The notes below the pieces were generated by a model. That model worked only from the letters and a program-made list of their open reading frames with translations, did not search any database and had not been told where the DNA came from. From an uncultured Gammaproteobacteria bacterium (GTDB taxonomy: Bacteria; Pseudomonadota; Gammaproteobacteria; Magnimaribacterales; Magnimaribacteraceae), in the NCBI GenBank assembly GCA_913042105.1, contig CAJWIK010000001.1, positions 1-46,827 of the forward strand: a stretch of DNA of 46,827 nt, given 5' to 3'. The translations under genes were made by a program, and so were the position numbers. Below, one piece after another: positions 1 to 9,433 of the stretch. The first letter of the stretch is position 1. Every line of letters begins with the position of its first letter.

Positions 1-16
1 GTTTTTTAAAGGCAGT

Positions 17-2296
17 TTATAAAAATTCCCAAGTTGAATGTTCATCCAATTCTTCTCGTTTTAAGTTCAGGGTGTAATAACTTCCTTCTAGCCAGGACTT
101 GTATTGGTTCATTGAAAAATTACTATCTGGTCGCCCCCCATTACCGCCAGCAATTACAAACTTTGAATGATACGGATCTGCCAGATCGACAACCAGTCGA
201 TACGCTGGACCGTGAAAAACTCTGCAAGGAATTTCACCATTAGCTGCTTTTCCTGGGCCCTTTCCAGTGTGCATTGCCATTGCTAGAGTAGTTGGACTCC
301 CTCCTATTTGGTCGGGTCCTAATTTTAAATTTTCCCATGGTTTGTGTTTGTTAAGCCTGTGTTTAAAGGCAATCTGATGTAAATCTCCCCATCGCCATTT
401 TAAATGGTCATTTCCAAGCTCTTGCTTAACTCGGTTCATAACCGTTTTCATTTGTTCTTGCACCGAGGTTTTTAATAATTCTTCATGCTTTATCCAAGGC
501 TCGCCTTCTGTTAAAAAAGAACCGATATCAAAACGATTTAATCCAGGTGCAGCCATTGGTAATAAATTAATTAAATCATCTTGAAGGACTGTGTGCATAT
601 ATTTGCGTTGCCAAAATCTGTCCAAGAAAGGATAGTACAAACAGGCTCCTATGGAATCCACACTGGTATTGCTGTCCCATTCTCCCAGGATTTTTGCTGC
701 TAATTTGATGTCTTGGTCATCACTTTCTTTTAGCACTTTGATTAGGTCGGGTAAAACCTCAATGCTACGTAAGTCATGTAAATCCAATTGCATTTCACAA
801 AAATCTTCAACTGAGAATTTTTTCTTTTGGTTTAATAATTCGCTAATGCGATCCGCTCTCGCGCTGTGTGTCGGGAAATTATGAATATAAAAATCACCTT
901 CGTCTCCCATAGTGTCGTTATTTGCAGTAAAAGAAAAACCACTTTTAGGATTTTTTTCCACCAATAACTGATCTTTTGTGGAAAGACTGAAATCATATTT
1001 ATCTATCCAACCGGCTAGAGGAACCGACCCAGTGACTCCTTTTCTAACTGGAGTGGTTGTTGCTATGTACCTTTCGATCTGACTGTCTTTATCTACACAT
1101 ATAATATTATTGACCAAAGGACAGACGTCATTCTCAAACAAAACTTCACCAAACTCTTTTGCTGATTTAGCCGTTGGTAAAAGAGCCAATGCCCCTGCTG
1201 ATGTAGGTACGTTTTGCAAAGACCAGTAAAGACTTGTCTGGTATTTATTATTTTTTGAATCAGACATTCCTAATTCATTCATGAATGGCTCTAGGAGCAC
1301 TCCATGGTGAGTCTTTTTAATATTTATAGATCTGCTGGGTTGGTCCTTTATTTCAATAACCTCTTGTTGAATCTCCACCGGTCTCCAGCCTGACTCGGTT
1401 CGATACTGATCATCATTTACTTCCTCAATGAATAAATCATAGCAATCAATAAATCCCGTTGTTAATCCCCAAGCCACATCAGGGGTGTATCCCATCATAA
1501 AATAAGGGACTCCTGGGAAAGCGGCACCAAAAGCATCCCACGATCCAGCATTAAGATGGATGTAAAAAAAGGTATTTGGTAAAGAGTGAGGTTGATGGGG
1601 ATCTGTGGCTAAAATGGGTTTTCCTGAAGCAGATAACTCTCCTGTAATTGCCCAATTATTACTTCCGGAGAAAGTTGGAACCTCAACTTCAGGATAAGCC
1701 AACTTAATTATTTGCGGGTCTAAGTTTCGTAAAGGCTCATTAAGATCATTAATCAAATCTCTATCTTCATTCGAAAGATGCAGTACATGATTAGAAAAAT
1801 AATCGATACCGTGGGTTGCCATTAACCTACCTAACATCATTTTTTCCGTCCAACTTTTATGCTGAAACCAGGAAGTAAACCTGTATCTTGCTGCTATATC
1901 CATGCGGGTGAACAAGCGAGGTTCTGCTCCTGCATGCAGAAACTCTGGAGGTATTTCATCAAGGGATAGTACGTAAGCGTTTAATCCTTCTAAATAGGCA
2001 TCAGCTATCCAATCCCCTTTACTTTCACTAAGACCTATCTGGCCGCAGTGCACATTGAAACCCCTTTGAAAGGCATCTTGCTGAACAAACCGCTCTCCCA
2101 GTAAAGCCGCAGCCTCTCCATTTGCATAAGCACAACTCAGGTGCGTCTGCCATAATCTCTCATAACCTGCGGCATAACCCATGCCTCTGTAGGAGTCAGC
2201 CACACTGGTTGCGTACACGTGCGGGATTCCTAATTTATCCCAAACAATCTCAAAAGGTCCATCGGCACCTTTAATTCTATTTACTTTTATTTTCAT
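17..2296 (-). CDS. Penicillin acylase / acyl-homoserine-lactone acylase family Ntn-hydrolase (peptidase S45)
   Basis: N-terminal EIVWDKLGIPHVYA; catalytic G|SNNW (Ser212); ILATDPH; FTANN; WRWGDLH; GGNGG near C-terminus. No signal peptide visible. Confidence 0.9.
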   Translation of the reverse strand: MKIKVNRIKGADGPFEIVWDKLGIPHVYATSVADSYRGMGYAAGYERLWQTHLSCAYANGEAAALLGERFVQQDAFQRGFNVHCGQIGLSESKGDWIADAYLEGLNAYVLSLDEIPPEFLHAGAEPRLFTRMDIAARYRFTSWFQHKSWTEKMMLGRLMATHGIDYFSNHVLHLSNEDRDLINDLNEPLRNLDPQIIKLAYPEVEVPTFSGSNNWAITGELSASGKPILATDPHQPHSLPNTFFYIHLNAGSWDAFGAAFPGVPYFMMGYTPDVAWGLTTGFIDCYDLFIEEVNDDQYRTESGWRPVEIQQEVIEIKDQPSRSINIKKTHHGVLLEPFMNELGMSDSKNNKYQTSLYWSLQNVPTSAGALALLPTAKSAKEFGEVLFENDVCPLVNNIICVDKDSQIERYIATTTPVRKGVTGSVPLAGWIDKYDFSLSTKDQLLVEKNPKSGFSFTANNDTMGDEGDFYIHNFPTHSARADRISELLNQKKKFSVEDFCEMQLDLHDLRSIEVLPDLIKVLKESDDQDIKLAAKILGEWDSNTSVDSIGACLYYPFLDRFWQRKYMHTVLQDDLINLLPMAAPGLNRFDIGSFLTEGEPWIKHEELLKTSVQEQMKTVMNRVKQELGNDHLKWRWGDLHQIAFKHRLNKHKPWENLKLGPDQIGGSPTTLAMAMHTGKGPGKAANGEIPCRVFHGPAYRLVVDLADPYHSKFVIAGGNGGRPDSNFSMNQYKSWLEGSYYTLNLKREELDEHSTWEFL

Positions 2297-2526
2297 TATT
2301 GATTACCACTAAGTACCACAAAAGGTTTGATAAGGCTCGCGTTTGCCAGCCAATTGACTTGCTCATGTTTTTTTAAATCTTTGGATACCTTAGCACTATT
2401 TCTTTCGAGAGTGTCTTATGGTCTTTGCTTTCGTAGACTAATGGTTCAGGATTGATCGTTGCGGGTTAGTTTATTTTCCCAAATATACTTCTGCCCTTTT
2501 GCAACAAACTTTCCACTTTCACCAAC

Positions 2527-2604
<78 letters not shown>

Positions 2605-2671
2605 ACGTAAGTGGGAACGGGCATATTACAATAAAATGAGAATTCCATATAATAAAAAAAGTTTAAATATT

Positions 2672-2698
2672 AAAAAAGGGCCACTAAGGCCCTTTTTT
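2672..2698. terminator. Intrinsic (bidirectional) terminator downstream of the TonB-dependent receptor
   Basis: aaaaaagggcc-actaa-ggcccttttt: GC stem flanked by A6/T6 tracts, 12 bp after the receptor stop. Confidence 0.88.
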
Positions 2699-2710
2699 AA
2701 TTGATTGGAA

Positions 2711-4885
2711 CTAAAACTCGTATTTAAGGCCTACACTAGAATTTCTTCCTGGTTCCATAAACAAATCTAGATTGGCATCTGATGCGCTTTTACCCTGAAC
2801 AGAAGACCAATTCCAGTAACTCTCATCAGTTAAATTTTTAAGAGCAAATCTTAATTTCATGTTTGCAGTAATCTGATAACTTCCGTAAACATCAAAAGTA
2901 GTTAGACCTGATAATGCCAATAGAGGGGTACAACCACTTCTTCCGCATGAAGGGGCAAAATTATCATAACTTCCCGCTGTAAAATTAGCATATCCACTTA
3001 ATCTAAGTTTTCCTGTATCCCAAAGTAATCCTAGAATTGCCTCTTCAGGCTCAATGGAAGCGAGTCGTTCTCCGTTCATATTTCCATTTGGAATACTAAA
3101 TCCGAAGGATGCTTGAAGGTTATCCGAAATGTCAGCGCTCATCTCAAACTCAACACCTGTGATATCAACTTCGTCTAGGTTTCCATATTCATACAGGGTA
3201 ATGCCTTGTTGACTTCTTCCTTTGATATAAGTGTCAATAAAGTCTGTATATTCATTATCATAAAATGAAAGGGTCCAGGATACGTTATCTGTAGCACCCT
3301 TGAATCCAAATTCAATTCCTTCGCTCTCTTCAGGTTTCAATCCGGGGCTTGTTCCTACTGCGTAACGAAATGCTAGGTTTGTAAAACTTAAATTAGCACT
3401 TTGAAAATCTGGGGCCCTAAAGCCTTCAGCATACTGTGCGTAAAAAGAGACTTCATCTGATAAAACTCTTAAAAATCCAAACTTCATTGAAACCGCACTA
3501 TCATCGATGAAATAAAGCTGATTAGTTGCTTGTGAATTTGCATAAAAAAGTTCATCGGCTATTGGTGTTAACTCATATCCGTCATACCTGGCACCAAAAA
3601 CAATAGTTGTCTTCTCATTTACCTCAAATCTATCGTTAAAGAAAAAGCTTTGTCTTTCAATCTCAGTATCTGGAATTGTTTTATTTGGATAATATTCTCC
3701 ACCCAAGAAAGTATTTACAGCTCCAGTCATGAGATTAGTCTCATACCTTATTCTAGGCCTTTCAATTTCAATATTTTCGACTTCTACGCCGTATACGATA
3801 TTATGAATTCTTCCATTGTTATTAATGGATTTGAAAAAATCTGCAGAAATTCCGTCTATATCCTGATTAAATTGATAATCTCTGTAAGCATTGATCATCG
3901 AAGGCGGGCCTGCTCCAAATATTTGTTTTGATCTAGTCGTAACTTGTTTTTGATCTGTCTGTTGGACAAAAAACCTAATAGAACCATTATCAAAAAATGT
4001 ATTTTCATTCGCGAAATCTAAAGCAAGTGTTCCTCTATCTCTGCTTCCATCATCCATTCCTATAACGTTTGTAGTACTTGAAACTTCAGGAAAGTAACTC
4101 ATTCCTGCTTGAGAATTGAAGATGTAATCTCCTTCAAATTCTTGAGAATCTAGTGTCAGAGTTATGTCAAAAGCGTCACTCAAGCTAACTTTAAATTTTG
4201 CTAGGACACTTAACTGTTTCCCATCAAAGGGGTCCAGCTCTAGTGTGGCATCGTCATGCAATTCCATTTGGCTCAATTCTCTTGAAGTCAATTGCACTAA
4301 ACTTTCAATAGTTTGTCCTACTCTTGCAGCGAGAAGACTGACTTTAGTGTGTTCATTATCCTCGTCGTAAGCAGTATTAATGGAAAGATAATTTTTTCCA
4401 AAATCTGCTAAGTCGCTTGGATCTTTTGTTATATAAGAAACGGCTCCTGCAAGTCCATCAGATCCGTAAAGAGCCGAACTTGGCCCTTTAAGAATTTCTA
4501 CTCTTTTTAATAGATCTACATCTACAACATCTCTTCCATACCCAGTGTAAGCATCTGCAACTCTTATTCCATCAACAAGGATATTTACTCTCTTTCCTCC
4601 AAGTCCTCTAATGGAGATACCATCGTTATATGCCCTTCCAGAAACATTCCTCTTTGATACCGATACTCCTATAGTTTTGTCGAGGATATCGGATAAGTCG
4701 CTTACCATTCTTGTCTCCATATCTTCAAGAGAAATAGAATCAACACTCCCCACAACTTCTTGAAGCGGGACCGGATATTTTGAAGATATGACAACCACTT
4801 CTTGAACTTCATCTTCGGAAGCAGATATGTTTAATGATAAAAGAATGCCGACAAAAGAAAATTTAAATAACTTATATAAATCCAT
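2711..4885 (-). CDS. TonB-dependent heme/hemoglobin receptor (HutA/PhuR/HmuR-like)
   Basis: Signal peptide, TonB box EVVVIS, plug motifs IRGLGG and RVEILKGPSSALYGSDGLAG, FRAP (EGFRAPD) and NPNL-like (SPGLKPEES) motifs, C-terminal KYEF; divergent from hmuTUV. Confidence 0.9.
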   Translation of the reverse strand: MDLYKLFKFSFVGILLSLNISASEDEVQEVVVISSKYPVPLQEVVGSVDSISLEDMETRMVSDLSDILDKTIGVSVSKRNVSGRAYNDGISIRGLGGKRVNILVDGIRVADAYTGYGRDVVDVDLLKRVEILKGPSSALYGSDGLAGAVSYITKDPSDLADFGKNYLSINTAYDEDNEHTKVSLLAARVGQTIESLVQLTSRELSQMELHDDATLELDPFDGKQLSVLAKFKVSLSDAFDITLTLDSQEFEGDYIFNSQAGMSYFPEVSSTTNVIGMDDGSRDRGTLALDFANENTFFDNGSIRFFVQQTDQKQVTTRSKQIFGAGPPSMINAYRDYQFNQDIDGISADFFKSINNNGRIHNIVYGVEVENIEIERPRIRYETNLMTGAVNTFLGGEYYPNKTIPDTEIERQSFFFNDRFEVNEKTTIVFGARYDGYELTPIADELFYANSQATNQLYFIDDSAVSMKFGFLRVLSDEVSFYAQYAEGFRAPDFQSANLSFTNLAFRYAVGTSPGLKPEESEGIEFGFKGATDNVSWTLSFYDNEYTDFIDTYIKGRSQQGITLYEYGNLDEVDITGVEFEMSADISDNLQASFGFSIPNGNMNGERLASIEPEEAILGLLWDTGKLRLSGYANFTAGSYDNFAPSCGRSGCTPLLALSGLTTFDVYGSYQITANMKLRFALKNLTDESYWNWSSVQGKSASDANLDLFMEPGRNSSVGLKYEF

Positions 4886-4901
4886 TTTTATACCTATTTT
4901 A

Positions 4902-4929
4902 AATGAGAATGGGAATGATTATCATTTAC
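4902..4929. promoter_or_regulatory. Extended Fur box in the divergent receptor/hmuT promoter
   Basis: AATGAG-AATGGG-AATGAT-TATCATT hexamer array; 4908-4926 AATGGGAATGATTATCATT matches AATGATAATnATTATCATT at 16 of 18 defined positions; lies between divergent iron-uptake genes. Confidence 0.85.
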
Positions 4930-4953
4930 TTTAAAGATTAAATCAATACAATC

Positions 4954-5811
4954 ATGACTATGCGATTTTCTTCATTCTTTCTTTTAATGCTCTATGCTCC
5001 TATAGCTTGGTCAGATTGTTCAGCTGCTAAAGATGCTTCTAAAACTGTAATAGCTGGCGGTTCCTTAACTGAAATAGTTTATTTTCTTGAAGAAGAGGAA
5101 AAAATTATTGGTGTGGATGTTACTTCGAATTTTCCTAAAGCAACTTCTGACTTTCCCTCTATAGGCTATGTAAGAGCATTGTCTACTGAAGGGATATTAT
5201 CTTTAAAACCCACACTCATATTAGGCGAAGATGATATGGGCCCTCCCCTTGTAATAGAGCAATTATCTCTGACAGGTCTAGATGTTAGGATATTGGAAGA
5301 GGATCATTCGTCATCAGGTATTCTAAAAAAAATCGAATGTCTTTCAAAAGTCCTTGATACAAAAGCAAACGATACTTTGGCTAAAATAGATTTAGTTAAA
5401 GAAGATATAAATTACTTAAATAAGATATCTCAAATAAATAAAGTTTCAGGGATTAAAGTAATGCTAATTCTTAATATGCAAGGAACTTCACCTATTGTTG
5501 CTGGCCTTGGCACTTCAGGTGACGGCTTTATTAATATGACCGGGGCGAGTAATGCAGCAAATCAATTTGAAGGATGGAAGCCAATCAGTAGCGAAGCAAT
5601 TATTTCTTATAATCCTGATTATATTATTATTACCAACAGAGGTATGAGTTCTTTTCCAGACGTTCAAAGTTTAGCAAACACAACATCATTGAGGCTAACA
5701 AGTGCAGCCCAAAATGGAAGAATCTTACAAGAAGATGGAATGGCTATGCTTGGCTTCGGAACTAGAACAATTTCAACAGCAATACAATTTGCCAAAGTAT
5801 TTAGTGAATAA
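4954..5811 (+). CDS. hmuT: Heme ABC transporter periplasmic binding protein (HmuT/HutB/PhuT)
   Basis: Signal peptide; GGSLTEIVY, GVDVTS, and GYVRALSTEGILSLKP containing the heme-ligating Tyr of this family. Confidence 0.9.
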   Translation: MTMRFSSFFLLMLYAPIAWSDCSAAKDASKTVIAGGSLTEIVYFLEEEEKIIGVDVTSNFPKATSDFPSIGYVRALSTEGILSLKPTLILGEDDMGPPLVIEQLSLTGLDVRILEEDHSSSGILKKIECLSKVLDTKANDTLAKIDLVKEDINYLNKISQINKVSGIKVMLILNMQGTSPIVAGLGTSGDGFINMTGASNAANQFEGWKPISSEAIISYNPDYIIITNRGMSSFPDVQSLANTTSLRLTSAAQNGRILQEDGMAMLGFGTRTISTAIQFAKVFSE

Positions 5812-6848
5812 TGTCTTCTATTCTTTTTAAAAAATTTAGTGCCTTAAGATTTATTAATCCCTTCCAAACTGGAGTTCTAGCACTCTTATTTACTTCTCTC
5901 ATAGTCATATTTTTTGCTTCAATCTTTCTTGGAAGTTTTGATTTTTCTTTTGAAGAATTATTCAATGATTCAAATTCATTGGATAATATTGTTCTTTTAG
6001 AAATAAGAATTCCTAGGGTATTTTTAGCAGCCTTCGTAGGTGCCAGTCTTGGACTTTCTGGTGCATCTCTTCAAGGTCTATTCAGAAATCCTTTAGCAGA
6101 TCCGGGATTAATAGGTGTATCGGCCGGTGCTGCACTGGGTGCATCTTTAGTTATAGTCCTGGGTTCTGGTGTCCTTCCTGACTTCATATTTGGTACCCTA
6201 ATATTACCCATCTCAGCAATCATAGGAGCTTCATTGGTAATAAGCCTCTTGTATTTATTTACTCAAGGTTTTGGTTATCAAGGCATAACCTATATGCTTT
6301 TGGTTGGAATCGCAGTAAATGCTTTTGCTTCAGTTGGGATAGGCATACTGACTTATATCAGTACCGATTCAGAACTTAGAGGTTTGACCTTTTGGACAAT
6401 GGGAAGTTTTGGTGGAGCGTCGTGGCAACTAATAATGCCTGCTTTGATAATTATCTCCTTGACCATGCTGTGGATGATACCTTCATCGAGGAAATTAGAC
6501 CTCTTACAACTTGGCGAGCCCGAAGCATACAGACTAGGGGTCAATGTAAAAACACTTAAGTTCAAAGTGATTATTTCCTCAGCTATAACAGTGGGCATAA
6601 GCGTTTCATTGTCTGGAATGATTGGATTTGTAGGTCTAGTTGTTCCTCATTTAGTTAGGTTGATAGGTGGTGTAAACCATAATTATTTACTACCGGGTTC
6701 GGCTTTGCTTGGAGCGTCTCTGATGATGACAGCAGATTTGCTCTCAAGGACTTTGATACAACCCGCGGAATTGCCGGTCGGTTTAATAACCAGTGCAATT
6801 GGAGCGCCTTTCTTTTTATGGTTAATATTTAGAATAAGAAAGTCATGA
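5811..6848 (+). CDS. hmuU: Heme ABC transporter permease (FecCD family)
   Basis: IRIPRV, LQGLFRNPLADPGLIGVSAGA, GMIGFVGLVVPH, ELPVGLITSAIGAPFF; multiple TM segments. Confidence 0.92.
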   Translation: MSSILFKKFSALRFINPFQTGVLALLFTSLIVIFFASIFLGSFDFSFEELFNDSNSLDNIVLLEIRIPRVFLAAFVGASLGLSGASLQGLFRNPLADPGLIGVSAGAALGASLVIVLGSGVLPDFIFGTLILPISAIIGASLVISLLYLFTQGFGYQGITYMLLVGIAVNAFASVGIGILTYISTDSELRGLTFWTMGSFGGASWQLIMPALIIISLTMLWMIPSSRKLDLLQLGEPEAYRLGVNVKTLKFKVIISSAITVGISVSLSGMIGFVGLVVPHLVRLIGGVNHNYLLPGSALLGASLMMTADLLSRTLIQPAELPVGLITSAIGAPFFLWLIFRIRKS

Positions 6849-7618
6849 GTGTAGAAACCAAAAAATTAACGTGGGAAATAAAGTCTAAAAGAATTGTTGA
6901 TGAAATTTCCCTAAGTATTAATCAGGGAGAAATTCTAACTATTCTAGGTCCTAATGGAGCCGGTAAATCTTCTTTTCTAAAGTTAATATCGGGTGATTCT
7001 TCGGAAACAAGCGGAGAAGTTTTATACGATGACATCCAACTTTGTGAAATCTCTATTCAAGAAAGATCTTTTATGAGAAGTGTAATGTCTCAGTCCCAAG
7101 AGATAGCCTATGACTTTTCTGTAAAAGAAATCATAGAGATGGGCTGGATAGATAGGGGCATCTCAGATTACTCCAAAGATTTTGAAAATGCGGTTATTCA
7201 GATCTCAATTGAATGCTCGGTTAAGGAACTACTGGAGCAAAATTTTAATACCTTATCTGGGGGAGAAAAAAGAAGAGTTCATTTTGCTAGGACACTTATC
7301 CAATTATGGAGACCTTCGGGGTCATATGATCCGAGATATATGCTCTTAGATGAGCCCACAGCCAATTTAGATATACTGCATGAGCAGAGAATGATGAAAC
7401 TAATACAAAAGAAAAGAGATGAAGGTATTGGAGTTCTTCTTATACTTCATGATCTTAATCTTGCAGCTCAATATTCTGACCGTATTGCTATATTTAAAGA
7501 TGGAAAATTAGTAGAAATAGGAGTGCCTGAGAAAGTCATGAACGAAGAGACTTTGTCATCTGTTTATGAATTACAAATGACAATAGATAAAGATCCGTTC
7601 AGGATAAACTATTATTAA
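6845..7618 (+). CDS. hmuV: Heme ABC transporter ATP-binding protein
   Basis: Walker A GPNGAGKS, LSGGEKRRVHFARTLIQLW, Walker B LLDEPTANLD, LHDLNLAAQYSDR. Confidence 0.92.
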   Translation: MSVETKKLTWEIKSKRIVDEISLSINQGEILTILGPNGAGKSSFLKLISGDSSETSGEVLYDDIQLCEISIQERSFMRSVMSQSQEIAYDFSVKEIIEMGWIDRGISDYSKDFENAVIQISIECSVKELLEQNFNTLSGGEKRRVHFARTLIQLWRPSGSYDPRYMLLDEPTANLDILHEQRMMKLIQKKRDEGIGVLLILHDLNLAAQYSDRIAIFKDGKLVEIGVPEKVMNEETLSSVYELQMTIDKDPFRINYY

Positions 7619-7621
7619 ATT

Positions 7622-8353
7622 ATGAATACAAAGCGTGAAGAATATGAGAAAGATGCTGTAAGTCTTCTAAGAAGTACCAGCGAAGGAGTGCTTTCAACAA
7701 TTTCGGTAAGAAATGAGGGTTACCCTTTTGGAAGCTTTGTTACTTTCGTATCAGATGCAGACCGCAGCGTTGTTATCTATGCAAGTAATATTGCACAACA
7801 CACAATTAACTTAAAAGAGAATTCTAAGTCCTGTCTTACTCTTTTTAAGATAGAGGATGATCTCGATAAGCAGAATTCTTCAAGAATGACCCTCTTGGGT
7901 GATCTGAAAGCCTTACCTGAAGGAGAAATAGAAAATACCAGGAAAAGGTTTGAGAATTTTTTACCTGAAAGTAAAAAATATGCAGCCATGCATGATTTTA
8001 ATTTTTATCGCCTTTATATTTCTCAAGTTAGATGGATAGGAGGGTTTGGAAAAATTGCTTGGTTAGATAATAAAAAATGGAACTATCATCAGCCAAAATG
8101 GTTGAAAAATGAGGCTTCAATAATTGGGCATATGAACAATGATCATCAAAAGAATCTTTCTTCGTCTCTCAATGCCCAGCATGGTATAAAAGATAAAAAA
8201 GCGAAAATGTTCTCTATGTCTATTGATGGATACTACGTAAAATCTAAAGAAGAAATTTATTTCATCTACTTCGAAAATACCTGCGGTAATGTGAAAGATT
8301 ATAAGGATATGCTTGTTCAGCAGGCCGAGGAATATAGATCCTTCGAATTCTAA
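7622..8353 (+). CDS. HugZ/HOZ-like heme-utilisation protein: PNPOx-like split barrel plus C-terminal DUF2470
   Basis: GVLSTIS..GYPFGS, SNIAQHTINL, RMTLLG, HDFNFYRL, RWIGGFGKI, then IIGHMNNDH (DUF2470 signature); located in the heme operon. Confidence 0.82.
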   Translation: MNTKREEYEKDAVSLLRSTSEGVLSTISVRNEGYPFGSFVTFVSDADRSVVIYASNIAQHTINLKENSKSCLTLFKIEDDLDKQNSSRMTLLGDLKALPEGEIENTRKRFENFLPESKKYAAMHDFNFYRLYISQVRWIGGFGKIAWLDNKKWNYHQPKWLKNEASIIGHMNNDHQKNLSSSLNAQHGIKDKKAKMFSMSIDGYYVKSKEEIYFIYFENTCGNVKDYKDMLVQQAEEYRSFEF

Positions 8354-8356
8354 AAG

Positions 8357-9433
8357 ATGTTCGATAAAGACAATCTAGAAGCTCTTGAGTTGTTGATTGA
8401 TACTTATAATGACACTGATCAAGATACCTTAGTACTGATTGGTAAATATTATCTCAAACTAGATAAGGTAATACGAACAAGGATTGATAAGATTTCTGAG
8501 AAAGAAATCTCACTGATTATAAGTTTAGAAGATAAAGAAATTCATAAGAAAATTAAATTTCCTAAAACAGTCGATGGTGCGAGTGCTGTAAGCACTTTCT
8601 TATACTCATATCTATCTGAAGCAAGAATTAACGCTCCCAAAGATTATCCTAAAACCCGTCTAGAGAAACTTATAGAAAATACACTCAATTTAGAAACCTA
8701 CATAACTAATGTAAAAACTAAAAAAATAATATCTTCAAATATTATAGAAATTACTTTCGAAGGTGGTCTGGAAAATTTACCGGATCTTAAGAATGATGCC
8801 TTTATGTATTTTATGGTTCATAAAGAGATAGATCATAAATTTCCGAAAAATTTTACAATACAGAATTTTAGATCATTAAGTTCACAAGAGAATAATCCCT
8901 ATTCAGCAGCCTATTACACTATAAAATCTTATAGAGAAAATGAAATTGATGTCTGGTTTGTCCTTCATGATCATCCTGGGCCATTAGCAATTTGGGCAGA
9001 TCAGGTTAAAGAAGGATCTTCAGTAGCAATTTGGGGGCCCCGAACAGTCTTCTCTCCGCCAAAGGAGACAAATAATTATCTTTTTATCGCCGATGAGACT
9101 GCACAACCAGCAGTACTTTCTGCAATAGAGAATCTACATAAAAATCATAGCTATACCTGCTTATTTGAAACACAAAATAAGTCCAGTAGGTTTAAAATAA
9201 ATGATCCCAATAATCAAATTTCATGGATTTACAGGGATCAAGAATTAGCAGGCGAAGGTACTGAATTAATAAAATGTATAGAGAGGCTAAACCTAAATTC
9301 AAAAAACTTATATGTGTTCGGCGCAGGTGAAGCTAAGCAAATATCTTCCATCAGAAAAATACTTAAGAGACAATTTAATCTTGGGACTAAACAGATGAGC
9401 TTTACCGGATACTGGAGAAAACTAGCTAATTAA
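8357..9433 (+). CDS. Siderophore-interacting protein (FAD-dependent ferric reductase, ViuB/YqjH-like) with ~100-aa N-terminal DUF2470-like extension
   Basis: YYTIK, FVLHDHPGPLAIWA, GPR, ADETAQPA, GAGEA, terminal GYWRK. The extra N-terminal domain follows the DUF2470 pattern. Confidence 0.8.
   Translation: MFDKDNLEALELLIDTYNDTDQDTLVLIGKYYLKLDKVIRTRIDKISEKEISLIISLEDKEIHKKIKFPKTVDGASAVSTFLYSYLSEARINAPKDYPKTRLEKLIENTLNLETYITNVKTKKIISSNIIEITFEGGLENLPDLKNDAFMYFMVHKEIDHKFPKNFTIQNFRSLSSQENNPYSAAYYTIKSYRENEIDVWFVLHDHPGPLAIWADQVKEGSSVAIWGPRTVFSPPKETNNYLFIADETAQPAVLSAIENLHKNHSYTCLFETQNKSSRFKINDPNNQISWIYRDQELAGEGTELIKCIERLNLNSKNLYVFGAGEAKQISSIRKILKRQFNLGTKQMSFTGYWRKLAN

Noticed and set aside
2633-2653. 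AATGAGAAT Fur-like half site upstream of tRNA-Ile
   Set aside because: The second half-site is absent, so a chance match in AT-rich DNA is likely.
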